In this document: piece by piece, positions 44,024-58,014 of the stretch
Position numbering within the stretch: position 1 is the stretch's first letter
How the letters are laid out: every line of letters starts with the position of its first letter
Assembly (NCBI GenBank): GCA_965153285.1
Contig: OZ229114.1
DNA length: 64,000 nt
Direction: 5' to 3' (one strand)
DNA from: Podarcis tiliguerta
Lineage: Eukaryota
Translations under genes and position numbers: made by a program
Notes under the pieces: generated by a model
Databases searched by the model: none
What the model saw: only the letters and a program-made list of their open reading frames with translations
Told to the model about the DNA's origin: nothing

Positions 44024-46556
44024 TTTTGTCAAAGGCACTGGGTCCTCTGCTATAGCTGAGTAGTCCAATTTTCGCTGCGCCTGTTGCCCCTAAATGTCAT
44101 TTAAGCAATTCAGTGCCTGCAAAATGGGCTCTTCACCCGCAGAGATGTGATGAAAGGAGATATTTTGAGCTGAGTAGGAATTCAAAGCCCACACAACTTT
44201 CCCATTTCTCCAGTGACTTTAGCACGTCCATATGGATTTAAAATCAAAATCAAGTTAAAAATAGAGTGCCTCCCAGGCTGCAACCTTTGATTGCCGAGCC
44301 TGCTGGGGAGACGCAAGCATTGTGCTGCTAATTCTCTGCTGTCCAGGTAACAGCCTTGATTTCACAGTACCCTGTTCAGCAGGCAGATTTCCGTGTGCTC
44401 TTTTCATATGAAGGAAAGCGAGACACAGTTAGAAGCAGGAAATCTGTGCTTTCCAAAGTGAGCTCTGCTTCACAATTACTAGTGAAAATGAGTAATGCCT
44501 CTCCATTGTTGTTGCTGTTTCTGGATGTCATCATGGATTCATTCTCTGTCTCCTCATTTACAATTGGACAGAATTCTCTCTTGGAACTAAACTTCACGTA
44601 TAAAGCTGCTGCAAAGGAAATAGGGGGTTATTCAATTCCGTTTTACTCAAAGGAATGAACATTACAGCACTAAGCTTGGATCATTTATTTCAGTGGGTCT
44701 ACTCTGAGTACAACTTAGTTGAATACCACCCAGTATGTTTTGGTTTTTAAAGGGATTTGTCCGATGAATAGGTTTTGTCTTTTAAGTCAGTTGGTGTACT
44801 TGCTTCTGGTAGGTTAGGATCAGATCCTGCCCCTTCCATCTCAGTCACTTATGCTGCCCCATCGTTTTCAGGTGCAACTTCATATTTCCTGCCTCATTTT
44901 AGGTCAACTGTCTCTTTGCCCCCACCCCACAGATCCTCTGTCACCAACTCCCTTGAGTCATTCATCCCCATCTTTGTAGTCTCTTCCCAGACACAGCTGC
45001 TGTATGTCTCCTCGGTAGGCAGTTAGTCAGAAGACTAAACAAGAAATGAAGGGAACAGAACACTTGCGATGGAGCTAGTCAAACCATGTGGCTGAAGATC
45101 ACATAGAGCTACTGTCACCTGCACTGAACGTGCAGCAAAATATGACCTCCCAGTAGACTTGCAAAGAAAGCGCAGTGGGGGCTGAGTTCTCCTTGCCTGA
45201 CAGTGCTGTGCTGGCACCGTCCCTTTATCCGCAGGGTGCCTCTGCAGACATCATGCGGGGCAGTGATGGGGACAAAAGGCAGGTCTGTTTGCTTCACTAG
45301 ATTCAGGTCAGGGCTGCTGTGCAAGTCCACATTGTGACCTGACATACCCTGGTTTAACCATCTTTTCAAAGTTTTCTTAGGAATGTAATGAAGCACAATG
45401 TTGGCCGTGTGTAGAGAATTCACTAGGCCGGATCAAAACAGGCTGAAGTCATTAAAAAGTTACCTTGTGTTGATGAGCATGCTAAGGATGGTTGTGTGAA
45501 CTGGCACATAGTGAGAAGGCAAATAAAGTGCCTGGGCTTATCCACGCCTTTTCTTGTCCCATTGCCTTCCCTTTAGCGCTCTTTGACTACTCATTGGTGC
45601 TCAATTCAGCAAATGTCAGTTTGTTCTGATTTAAAGCTAAAGAGTGACTTTTCCCTGGGAAAGGAGCAGGGCAAGGGGAAAATTGCTCAGTCCTGTGCTT
45701 TCTAGGCATGGGGCAAGCGCAAGTGTGGATGTGCCCTCGGTGTCTGTGTGTGCACAGTGCTTCCAGACACACCTCATTCTGGAAGTGCCTGTTCAGGATA
45801 GCCTTAGCTATCCTGAACAGAATGACTTTGGCATTGAGAGTACCTAAAAAGCATCACGATGTTCTGGCCAAGGATTGTATTCACATTCATCACTGTGCCT
45901 GTGGCACCGAGCAAGATATTATTGGAATGCCAATAAAAATGCAATACACTTTCAGTGCTGCTTCTGGCTAACTCAGCAACAACCCTACAATAATCTGGCT
46001 AGACCCTTTACTTGGTCCAATCTCATCTCCAAGTCATGCAGGTTTTACTTTCCTAGAAGAAACCACAGAATGGTTAAGCTATCACTTTGAGGTTGTCATA
46101 CGAGAAGTTGGTCCACAGTGGGTACATATCTGACCCATCAGCTGTATCCAGCTGTATCCACCCCTGAGTTATAGAGTGCCCTCTTATTTCTTAGCCGTTG
46201 GTTGCTATTCTAAAATTGTAGTCTTAAAACATTGGAAAGCAACTGTGCACAAGCAGCCTTCTCATTTCTGTGCAACTGTTTGTAATGCAGATCTGAACAA
46301 CTTTCAGAATGCCACTGCCACCACCACAATTCTTGATGAGTACTTTGCAGTGGGGTGAAGAACATGAGTTTAGACTCTTCTGTTTAGTGTCTGCACAAGT
46401 GGGTGTCCAGTTTGGTTGCTTTCCACATTGCTATCCACCATTGCCACCTGGAAATCAAAACCCTATAAAAAGCACCTGGAGCCATCACAAATGCTACAAG
46501 TTGCTGCTGTGTGTGAGGAAGAGGGTGAATTCTGGGCACCTCAATGTGACAGAAGT

Positions 46557-46745
46557 GTAGGAATATAGGAAGCTGCTTTATAGTGAGCCGGACTATTTGC
46601 CCGTCTAGCTCTGTGCTACCAGCACTAATGTGCAGTGGCTCTCTAGGGTTTCAGACAGGGGACATTTCCAATCCTATCCTACCTTGGGATTAAACCTGGG
46701 GTCTTCTTCCTTCAAAGCAGATGCCCTGTCACTGAGCTACGACCC
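46557..46745 (-). mobile_element. tRNA-derived SINE, degraded
   Basis: Reverse-strand head GGGTCGTAGCTCAGTGACAGGGCATCTGCTTTG...CCCAGGTTTAATCCC (A and B boxes), with a tail shared with the 3358-3655 copy. Confidence 0.7.
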
Positions 46746-49700
46746 ATTCTTCCGTCGTACAAATCTGAACTTGAAAATGAAGTATTAGACCCTTGCTTTT
46801 GCTGTTATTCTGATCTGTTCCACTGTTGTAGCCACCCGTATCTCGGCCAAGTTGTACTTGGAGTAGGCCCATTGAAATGAAGTCAGGACCAATAATTTTC
46901 ATGGGTCTGCTCTGAGGAAAACCTTGTTGAATTCTACCCAATAGGTTTAACAAGAGATGGTGGCAATATGACAGAGGCATCATTGACTGCGGCATACATG
47001 TATTTCTTTCGTCTCACTATGGTTCTGGTGAAATGAGTCCTGCAGCTTCTTGAAGCACTGTAAATACATGTGAAACGTCTTCAATCATAAACGACAGCAA
47101 AGCACAATCTCCCACCCCACTCAGTTTGTAAAGTCTTCTCCAATCAAGTGTCTTCCAGATGTTTTGTACAACAATGATCATCCCATCAGCTGTGCTAACT
47201 AGAACTGAGGAAACTCATAGCCCAAAATATCTGTAGGATACCCAGTTGAAGAAGGTTGGAGTATGCTATGGGCAGATGTGGCCCTCTCATGCGGCTTTAC
47301 ATTTCCGCTAAAACCATTGGCTGGCTTTGCCTCATTACGCCCCCAGCAGGGACCACAAACACTTTGTGACTGGTTCTAACCACACTGCACTGTTTGTGAT
47401 ATATTTCACAACTCACAAGGTGCCTCTTGTGAAATAGGCAGAAATGTGAAATACCAATTGGAGATTAATCCCAAGTTCTGGTGGTTCATGATTTTAAAAC
47501 ATCAGACCTGCCAGGGATAAAGATGTAGTTGGTCGCCCATTCTTGGTAGCACCTACTTTCTGGTCACCATTTTGCCTCAGCCATACCTTGCTTCCCCCTG
47601 AGCCTCCATCCAGTAGGCTTCTCCTCGCATATCCTTTGCCATGTTGTTGACGCAGAACAGCTGTTGTGCTCAACCCCAGAGACAGCTGCATTTTGGCAGC
47701 GGGTGAATGATCACTATAGAAACAGCCTACATTGTGCTTTGGGACCCTGTCAAGGCATAAATTTACTTCACTCCATTACAGTGACAGGTAAAGAACTGCA
47801 GTAACTCATATTGCCTCTTCCAAGCCACCTACTGGGGAATGCCAAGCATATTAATGTATATGATCGCAAAGTAGCATCTGGCTTGATCCCCCTACAGCCC
47901 ACAGAGGGGTTGTGATTAAAAACCCTTTCAGCATGAAATGTAAGGCCACGCAGGCAGCCTGGTCCTGTCAGTGTGAGGGAGGAGAAAGCGAGGTGTGATG
48001 ATCACCCTCAACTATTTGTCTGCCTGGGGAAAAGACAACGGAGGCTATGGTATTTTAACAACTTTTGGCATTTCATGTGCTGTGTGGCTACCAGCGAGCT
48101 TTAAGCCCTGTAGGAGGCAACAGTATGAGCCAGAATTCTTTTCTTATCTATCCAAATAGCACACGTTGACGTCTCCCCTCTTTTTTCTACAGAAAACAGC
48201 TTATTGTCTGGCCTAAATATAAGAGATCTGGTTGTTGTGCATACAGTATACTTAAGCAGCACGTAAGATGTGTGTGCATGCGTGCGGTAGAGGATGATTG
48301 TGTGTGTTACTGGTTATGTAGCAAGTGGTGTGTGTATGAGGCACAATTAGTGTGTGTGTGGAGGTGCCCCCCCTTACATTCCCCCCATCTTACCCCACCC
48401 CCTTCCAGAGTTCTTTTGCTTATGCTGACACTCTGATACAGATTTTGCTGCTGGATTTTGACACCCTGTTTGTCTTTGTTAACATAAAATCTTGTAAATG
48501 TCTGCCCTGAGCAGGCTAATTTCATCCCCAAAGGTCCATGGGCATATTGGCCCCTGTCTGCAGGAGCCTCCCCACCACCACCCATTTGGTTTTATGGTGG
48601 AGACTACTCAGAGTAAATGGGTAGAAAAGCCGATCTGGACCAGACTGAGCCGTGAGTGGCCCAGTGCCACGAGATTTCCAAGGACAAGTATTTTGCCCTA
48701 TAGGGATGCTGCGCCTTATGAATGTGCTGTTTGGGTCCATATATACTGCATGTCACCCCTTCTCTCTGTGCTGTGCCCATTAATTAAGTTTCTCTCTCTC
48801 TCTTGCTCTCCTGGCTTGGAAACTCCCTTGTTTTAGGCTGATTAATTGAATCTGATTTGTGACTGTTTCACCTGGCTCTGAGTCAAGATGAGGTGGTGGT
48901 TCTTTGTGATGCGCAGGTGTATGTGTGCAGCGAAGTGCCTGGGGGCTGCTGTTGTGGTACAAAGCAGATGGCTTGTGGGGGGTTTCGAGGTGTTGAGCAG
49001 AGGCTGGTCCAAGTCAGCTGGGCTAGTCTCCAAGAGGACATGGACAGAGGGTGAACAGGGCCTGTGTGCCAAAATCTGTGCATTTGGAGAGGGTCTGAGG
49101 AGCCAGTGGCAAAGCACTGGTGCCAGCAGCTAAGCTGAAGATGGGTTGGAAGGGGTTGTCTGGGGCTATTTTTTCCAACTTGTGGCTTAATTTAATTTCA
49201 TCTGAAAAGATGGTTTTGTGCAGATTCTGGAAGGACGGAACAAAGGACAGACGTTGCCTTTCTTAGCCTGTCTAGTGAAGCCCCATTGACAGGGGATTGG
49301 TTTTGCAAAACGCTGCAGGGTTTCAACCCACGTTAATCAGCAACTCGGGAGAAATTCTGAATTAGCAGAATGGACCATTTTCTTGTTGCCATCACCTGTG
49401 CAAAACGAGGTTTTCATGCTGCTTGTGTCTTAGGGCTGTTAGAGGAGTGCTAGTGTGCTCCATTAGTGTGCTGCTTGCAGTCACATTTCCCAGCTGGGTC
49501 CACTCCAGATGTTTTGGACACAGGCATGCTGGCCGGAGCTGTAGTCGAAAACATCTGGAGGGAACCTGGTTGGGGAAAACACTGGATTACAATTTTGCGC
49601 CTGATCATATTATGAAGGCAAGAAGATTTCTAAGCATCCAGAGGGGCTTTCGGACATGATGCACAGTGACACTTGGGTACCACTGGGGCTTCGCTAGTGC

Positions 49701-51849
49701 AGGAGCCAGGAAAACCAAAGAACTGCAGCTCAGGATAGTGGAGCTATAATAAAAGCAACAGAAAAAGTAGTCCTGGGGTAGTTTGAGGTGGTCTGACGGG
49801 GCTGATCCAGCTCCCAAATACTGGTCCATCCAGATGGGAACATTCCTTAGTGCCTGGTTCATGTTTGGGTGCTTACAGATTCCATAGCACCCCATATCTT
49901 AGTCATCTTTGTGATACGCTTTATGTTCTCTCAAGGGGGTGGAGCCTGGAGGAAGTCAGAGGCACTCAGTTTGATCCCAACCTTTTGTGAAGCAAGCCAC
50001 TCACACAGAGCTGTCTATGGTTCAGCAACATCTCAGCCTTGCCTGGCTTCCTTCCTTTTCATGGGTTCCAGCACTGGACCAGACATAGGTGGTCTCTTCT
50101 TCCCTACCTTTGGATGGGTGGAGGGCTCTTTTGGGGGAAATTCTGAGGGACCCTTCTGCCAGGGCCAAATACAAACCTTTGTCCCCTGTTGGCTGTGTGC
50201 TAGACACACACCCTTGCCTTTCAGATGCAAGCAAGTCATCTCACCTAACTGGACTGGCAGGGAAGCGAAAGTAAGCAGAGAGCCTGGATCAATCTAGCCA
50301 TTTGGGATGAAATCCTGAGCGATTATCATTTTGGATGATCAGGAAGATATAAAAGGAGTTTAGAGCATAGTAAAGGACACCCAAAGTGCTCAGCTAGAAG
50401 CACAAGGAATGGTTCCAAAGAAAATAAGGTGCAGATGCTGTGTGGGGGTTCTGGTGCCAACATTGCACCCTCCCGTGGGTGAAACGCATCAGCTGCTCAA
50501 GAGTCTGGGATTCCCCATATTTGCCATATGGATGGATTAGGTGATCAGAGCTTGGCAGTTAGGTATGAGTGCTTGTGTGGCTTATGGGCTCCTGGGAAGA
50601 AGCAGCCCACCCTCACGCTCTCCCTGTTCACAGACATATCCAAGCGGAGCTGTCACCTGCTATGTTGCAGAAACTCAGAATCCATGCAACAACAACAAAA
50701 GGCTAGAAGGGGGGAAGCATTAAACATCATTCTTAGCCAGCCATCACTCAAACAAAGGATGGAAGGTAGGAATGGTTTGGGTTGCAAAGGAGAGGGAAGT
50801 GCCATTCCTGACCTGCTAAGAGATGTGGCTACTCAGCTGGGTTCCAGGTGGCCCTTTCCTGCTTATGTGCTCCCTGAAAGATACTGTACTAATACCCCTA
50901 CGGAGTTATTTCTTAAGAGCTCAAAATGAGATTAATAAAATGAAGATTACCCGTTGGGGAAGGTTGGGATGGGGGAAAGGCAAGGCAGATTGGCCCAGCT
51001 TTTCTGATAGGCTGGAGTTTCTCCCCCTCCTGCTTTCCTTTTTATCAGCAGTGATTTCATTAAGCAAAGTGCTTTCACTTTGGTTTAAGGCAGATTGCTA
51101 CACTGAGAAGCTGGTGATTAATCAGCCGGGTCTGGTGGCTTTCTCCCTTCTTAGGAATTGTAGGAACAAAGCTACGCAACAGGGGCTCTGGGGCTTTTGA
51201 GGGGGTCGGGACACAATTTTGGATAAACTCCATGGCCTCCTCCTCTAACATGTGTTGGTTTACGTGGAAACTTGGGACCTTGTTATCCCCACTAATCAGC
51301 AATTATCTGTAGGCAGTAGCACCTCAAGAACGATCCATCTGCAGGAGAGCCAACCACCGGTGCCTAACACGACAGCCATATAAAATCAGGATCCAAGCCA
51401 TGCAATCTTCTTCTCCTGGCTTTTTCTGGGCACTGGCAATTTGCGCTGTTTACAACTGCCTGCATCTGGTAGATTATTCCATTTTAATTGTACAAGCCAG
51501 AAGGGGCCAACAAAGCTAGGGAGGGCCGGTGGGCAGAATCCCAACTAAGTCCTAGGTGACTTCTGGTGCAGCGCTTTCTCCATCCTAGGCTGTGTATACA
51601 TTACTGGTTAAAAATGCAGTGGGGTCCTCCTTTTCTCAACTCAGATCAAAGCTGGTTTGTGGGGAGACCCATCAAAACACAGTATCTCATGAGAAACAGC
51701 ATGATAGGTATGGACTGTCGCTCATGTCGCACGTACATCTGCACACAGAGTGAATGGGAGGGTGTACACAGGGCTTTTGTTTCTCATCTGTTAAATGGGA
51801 GTAATAATGACTTAGCCTATCTGCAGGGTTCTTGTGTGATTTATGAACA

Positions 51850-52040
51850 AAAGACGGTGAAGCAGTGATGTTGCTGGAAACCCCAGGAGGGAAGAGTGCT
51901 CTTGTGCTCAAAGTTCACTGGCCGGTTTCCCATGGGCATCTGGCTGGTTGGGGTGAGAACAAGATGCTACACTAGATGGGCCATTGGCCTGATAAGAATG
52001 TAGGAATAGCCAGCTGGGTTCTCACATTGGCCAAGCAGCC
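51850..52040 (+). mobile_element. CR1 LINE 3' end remnant
   Basis: GGGAAGAGTGCTCTTGTGCTC...TGGGCATCTGGCTGG...GAGAACAAGATGCTACACTAGATGGGCCATTGGCCTGAT. Confidence 0.65.
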
Positions 52041-54002
52041 GGCTCTTCCTCTCCTCTTAATGTGCAAAATGTGCTCGTGCGCCTCCCATTCATGCTCAGA
52101 CTGTGCGTAGGGTTTAACTGCTCTCCAGGCTAGGAAGAAAATGAGTTACTTGCCAGGATAAAATGGAAATAATGCAGAATGTGTACATTTCTCAGTTGAT
52201 GCAAAAGTAAAATTGGCCTGAGAACGAGGGTTTAGGATAGCGTTGAAAAGAGAGACAGGGTCAATATTGTGCAGCTGGAGAAAATGTGACCCAGGGTGCA
52301 AAGGCATTGTGTTAACGTTGTGGTTTCTGAAAACAGGCAGTTTATATTGCTCTCTGTTTGTTGCGACATCATGTCTGGCCTTTCTTGCCCTTTGGCACGG
52401 ATATGTCTCACCAGAAAATTAAAAGGTCTTGGGCTGCGAGTCCCAGTTTTCTCACTGTAAGTGTGGCGTTTGGTAACAAGGTACTTTCATTCCATACAAT
52501 GTCTCTGTTACCAGTTATCTGCCTGATTCTCTACACAGAGATGGGTTGGAGCTCCCTTTTTAAGAATCTGGGTGAGACAAGGTATGTCGTGAGTTGATTC
52601 ACCACTGTAATGCATTTAGTTTGCTTTGAGCACGCAGAAACAAAAAAGCATGATATATCAACAGGGAACTCATCCTCTGTAGCCAAAACAGTAGCATCCA
52701 TGCACAAAAGGAAGGTATCACCAGACATTGGGGGAGTCGCAATGTTTGCAGAAGTGCAGAAAAGTAATTTTTAAAAAACCTAAAGGGATGGGGAAATTAA
52801 AAAACAGCCCAATGAGGATTGACAGAGGTGGAGGAATAGAATATCCTGGAACAAGGTATGGCTTGTTACTTGAATCCGGAATAGGAGTGTTCCACACACT
52901 GCAACATTTTGTTGCAGCCCACGTAAAGACTTCATCTGCTTCTTGTTCTTCACTTCTCTCAGCCACACACTTTCATTTGGTGGTATATCTTGACTGTGCC
53001 AAGAAGGACGACTTGGGCTCTCCTCCTCCTCCTCCTCCATTATCTTAGGCATTGTACTTAGGCATCACCTGTTCTGTGTGTGCATCTTCACTCTGCCCTA
53101 GTTTTGACTGATGGTGTGGTTGGAGGTGGGGGCAGGCAACCATAGTGCCGTTCCCTCATTTTTGCTGGTCTTACAGTGAAGCACGCCAGGGGTTTTCCCT
53201 CCTGTTCCCCTCCCTGCATTGATCTGCCTGGCCAAAACTCAGAAGTGAGTTTTGCTGGCTAATTTGTCTTCATATTGTCAGCTACAACTGCAGAGGCCAG
53301 AGCCGTTTGTCTCTTCATTCAGGGGAGGCTCTCTGTAACAATAGCGTGATGAACCCTGACATAGATGCACCTGTAGAATTGTGTCCTCTTTCTGACAACC
53401 CCCCATTTAGTGCCCTTAATGGTTCCCTCTCCCCCCCCCCCCCGCCAGTTCTTTCTGAGGGCTCGCCTGCATCTGTACAACGCTGGGTTTGTAGGGTTTA
53501 CTCCATCTTTACACGGCACAGCCGGCTGTTGTAATGCTGCAGATTCTGAGAGGATCTTGTGTTTTCACAACAGTGAGCTCTCCTGTGCCAGAAAGGCTGC
53601 TCTGGGCTCCATTGAGGCTTCCTTCCTCCACCCACTGGCAGGTATTGCGCTTGCCAAGGCAGTCATGCAGATCATCCTTTATTATCCTTTTTAAAAGTTG
53701 CTTGTGGGATTGTGGCATTGTGCAAAATGCATGAATAAATCTTTCATGGAAATGGGCAGTGACACAAATCCGTAGTCATCCAGGAGGTTCTGTAAAGCAG
53801 GCGGCAGTTGGGCTTGTTTGGGCAGACAGTCTCTTCTCAGACGATGAAAGAAAATGGATAGTCAGCGCAAGGAAAGCCAAGGCCAGGTGAAATAAGAATC
53901 ACCTGGGAAATACAGAGAACTGGACTATAAGGAAATTATTGAAATCCTAATGACAAAGAGTTTGAACTGTGTCCCACATAACCTTTGTGGTGCTTTAAAT
54001 AG

Positions 54003-54117
54003 TTTTTATTTTTATTTTATTTTATTTTATTTATTGCATTGCATTGCATTGCAAACCACTCTGTGGGGATTTCTTTATCCTGAAAGGCAGCCTAAATACT
54101 TTGATAAATAATAAATC
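54003..54117 (+). repeat. (TTTTA)n/(TTGCA)n microsatellite adjoining an L2-like 3' tip
   Basis: Pentamer runs followed by AAACCACTCTG...GAAAGGCAGCCTAAATA...AATAATAAAT. Confidence 0.6.
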
Positions 54118-54908
54118 AATTCATTGTAACTGAAATTGAATTTAGATTCACAATATAAGCACAATTTAAATCAAACTCATGCCAGCTACGTTACTGCCCT
54201 GGAGATGTTTGGGTTGAAAGGCAGAATACTAATTCAATTAACAACGCCAACAACAACCTTTTTACAGGCATATGTCAAGGGCTCAGCACCTCCTTTTAAG
54301 TATTTGAATCCATTACGTTTACATGGATATTTCCCCAGCTTCCAATAGCATTTGCTCTCTTCCCTCATAGGATTTTCATATGTTTCTGATGCTGTTTTAG
54401 AATATTTTTAGACAATGCCTTGTATTTTTTATATACAACAATGTACAATTTACTAACACATAAATTAAACTAAGTCATTATTATATTTCAAATTAATCTG
54501 AAATAATCTTAATTCCTCCAGCATCATGTCTCTGTATAATAAATTTAGGATCAATGTTGTATTCTAGATTTAAAATGATGGTTCAGTACATAAATACAGA
54601 GGCAAAATTCAGAGCTTACTAGCAACCACCTTTTTAGTTTTTCTGCAAACTGGGGAAGACATCCATATTGGAAGTTCAATTCCTTGCTTAGCCATGGAGC
54701 TCAGTGGAAAGTGCCTTGCTCTTGCCCTCTCTAATCTGCTTCATGGGGTTGGTACAAGGATAAATCAAATAAGAAATGTACAAAAAAATATTGCTGAAAA
54801 ATGTTGTTGTTGCTGCTGTTGTTGCTGCTGCTATTGGCAAGCCTGGGTAGAAACTGCACTGGTCTTGTTTTGCATCTGTATGTGAGCTTCTTTGAAACTT
54901 CCAGTCTG

Positions 54909-55214
54909 AGCGAAAAATGGAATGTTAAACAGAGGGAAAGGTAAAGTTAAAATATTAAGATAACAATTAAGATAAAGGTAAAGAGGGAAAGGATTTGCTG
55001 AACAAACAACTGCATCGGAATACAAAGGAGGGAGGTGTGGGGAAGTCCAAGAAACAAGCTAAGGCAAGATTTGTTTGAAAGATGGAATTGTTTTTAATTG
55101 TTGTTACTTTTTGTATTTTTTCTTTGATATTGTTTTTTCTTTTTCTTTTTTGTTGGTTTGTATTACATTGTGAAAATCCTAATAAAATATTGTAAAAAAA
55201 CAACAACAACATAC
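54909..55214 (+). mobile_element. 5'-truncated poly(A)-type retroposon insertion (L1-like 3' UTR)
   Basis: Perfect 15-bp TSD GAAACTTCCAGTCTG (54894-54908 and 55215-55229). A-rich then T-rich body, AATAAA, and an A/CAA-rich tail. Confidence 0.8.
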
Positions 55215-56806
55215 GAAACTTCCAGTCTGTTTCCCAGTTGCTCTGTGCACTTTCCACTTTGACCTGTGTTTCAGGTCCTGAACTACTTTGTGCAAATGAA
55301 GTTCTTTGGTCCCCCACTTCACAGTCATGGGGAATTTAAAAGTAGCTATAAGTAGATGGAATTTACAGGTACAGAGCCATTCCAGAGTGGATGAAGCCTG
55401 CCAAATTGCAGGCAAATAGGTGCAGGAGCTTTTTGTGAGGGAAATGAAAGGGATTCACTTGCCTCTAGAAACCAGGTGAGGTGTTCTTGCTTTTTTAAAG
55501 GCTTAAAATGAAAAAGTGATGGAGTGGTGTGTATTGTTGCTTGTATATTTTTTATTTTAAAAAAGGCATTGTCACCCCAGCCTTTCTTTCCAGCACTTCC
55601 TTCTTTTGATAGGCCTTCCAGGCATTCAGTAGGCCTTCCTGTGAGACTCTATGCAAAATGTTGCCTGCAGAGTTCTGAAGAGCTCTTGAGTTTTGTTTAG
55701 CTGTTTGTTAAAACAGAGCAATGCGGGGTTTTCTTTTTTTAAAAAAGCCCATAAATGAAGCTTTTAACTTTATTTTTAAAAACACCCTCCTCTGCCTTGG
55801 TTTAACAAAAAGCAATCCAAAGAATATTCAACCTGGACAGGAAATGCTTTGGGTGGCCTCTCTTTTTGTAAGGCCCCTGGACCTAGAGATTCATAGGAAA
55901 ATGTAGAGCCATAAGGTACCAAAACAACAGAGTAACATGTGGTCCAACCTGGGAAGTGATTATGATAAACTTTGACTCATGGGGTGGTGGTAGGATGGGG
56001 GGCAGAAGACATCCAAATCAACCTTCAGCACCTCATTCTTTGGCCTCCACCTCTAGTCTAGAACAGGGGAGTGAACAATCATGATGGTGGACCCAAAGCC
56101 AGTTTGTGATGACAGCCGCGCAGCCTGTCAACATGCACACAAGAGGCTTGGTGTATGGATGAAATCAGTGTGGGCTCACTGGAAACTGCCACATTCTGAA
56201 AGGAAAATTAGGTCTTAGACATCCCCTTTCCAGTGTCTTAATTTCTGCCCCATTTAGTCTGAAAATTGGGGTTTGTATTCCCATATTATTATTTTAGACT
56301 TTACAGTTCTGATCTCATCTCTGCTCAGAAGTATACAGTGAGGCAAGCCAAGTAGCGAAAGGGCAATGGGCTTTATGACTTGACCAAAGACCTGAGCTTT
56401 TCTCTGCCACGCCCAAGCCCAGCAGTCTCACCGTTTCACTATCCCGGCTTGCACTGTCCCTTTTATGATGCCCCAGTGAAGGCAACCTCACTGACTGCCA
56501 ACCTAGCAATGTTCTGAAGCATCCCATGAGCTCAGTTTTCTTCTAACGCTGTATAAGGAGGTTTACTTAAACCATGAAGGTTCCTTACAGTTATTATTTT
56601 AATAAATTTTTCATTGTGCCTTTGCTCCCACCGCAACTTAAAAAGTATCATACATTCCACCCTTGAAGCTCAGCTGCTGAAAGAGCAGCAGGGGGAACTG
56701 TGGAAGAGGAAGGACTTGATAATGGTGAGAAGTTCTAGGAAGCAGAGTGCATCTAGTCCTCTAGAAACTGGGGACTGAGATGCAGAAACAAGTGTGTGTG
56801 CTTCTG

Positions 56807-56881
56807 TAGATAGATGATAGATGATAGATGATAGATAGATAGATAGATGATAGATAGATAGATAGATAGATAGATGATAGA
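56807..56881. repeat. (GATA)n microsatellite, imperfect
   Basis: Directly visible. Confidence 0.95.
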
Positions 56882-57770
56882 CAGCTCTGATTACTCTGCA
56901 CAGAATATGTTGACTTTCCAGTGATCTCTTTTCTGGGCAACTCAATGACAATTTGACGTTGTTTTATTTAGTTTTTTGAGCATGTTTGTCCTTCACGTCC
57001 CATTAAAGCAGATTGGCACAGCTGAGCCTCTATAAACAAGTCAGGTATGGGTAATGAGATTCCTGCTATGGCCTGGCTGTTGGAGTTTCTTAAAGGGGAA
57101 CAAAAGAAGCAGGGAGAGGGGTATTGTTTTGTTTTGAGCCCAGCATAGCCACCTGAAAATGCTCTACTGCAAACATACTGACCCAGCACTTACATTTTGA
57201 CTTTGATTATCAGCGGAAGTGATGCAGAACTTAATGCAAGGTGATAGCTTCATCCCTTTATTCTGACAAGTCCTCTTGTTAGTTTTTAATATCTGTGTTC
57301 TGTTTTGCACATTAAGAGGTTTCTTTTTCCATCATTTACTTATTCATATAGCATCATCAGTGTGCGTGGTGTTTTGCATAGTGCATAGCACCAGGTCCCT
57401 GCCCTCAAAGATTTTGCAATCTAAAATTCAACATGCACGAAAAAAATAGAGGAGGCAGAGGGAAGTAGGGAAGTAAAATGTGGATGTTTCTCTGTTGTAC
57501 TGGCTGAGACAGAATTACAGACGAAGTTAAAGTAGGGCAGAGGAATAAAACTTTTATAACAAACCTTTGATCTTATTATTATCTACTCAGATTTTGGCTT
57601 GTTCCTCAAACATTACCCAAGCTGCTTCTTTTGAACCCAGTTTCTTTCTTCTTCGTTTGCCCATAGTAAATATTTCAAGGAGATATTGATCCCTTCGTAT
57701 GTCCTTAACTTGCTTAATGCACTCCATTGTGGCCTGTAGTTTGCTCAGCATAACCACAGTAACCTAACAG

Positions 57771-57857
57771 AGCAGTCCTATGCATGTCTACCCAAAAGTT
57801 AGACCAATAGAGCTCAATGGGACATACTCTCAGGTAAGGCAATACAGGATTGCAGCC
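57771..57857. mobile_element. Short palindromic squamate repeat
   Basis: GCAGTCCTATGCATGTCTAC...CAATAGAGCTCAATGG...GTAAGGCAATACAGGATTGC. Related copies near 30277-30345, 46840-46940 and 59952-60140. Confidence 0.6.
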
Positions 57858-57877
57858 CAAATCTGGCAATGCTAAAC

Positions 57878-58014
57878 CAGACACCCCCCAACCTGCGGCC
57901 CTCCAGATGTTTTGGCCTACAACTCCCATGATCCCTAGCTAACAGGACGAGTGGTCAGAGATGATGGGAATTGTAGTCCAAAACATCTGGAGGGCCGAAG
58001 GTTGGGGATGTCTG
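57878..58014. mobile_element. 137-bp palindromic hAT-type MITE, well preserved
   Basis: Arms of about 58 bp are near-perfect inverted repeats. Perfect 8-bp TSD TGCTAAAC at 57870-57877 and 58015-58022. Confidence 0.9.

Noticed and set aside
50823-51200. Hydrophobic ORF as a transmembrane KChIP2 N-terminal exon
   Set aside because: Lacks the MNLEGLEM...EQFG signature and a suitable splice donor.
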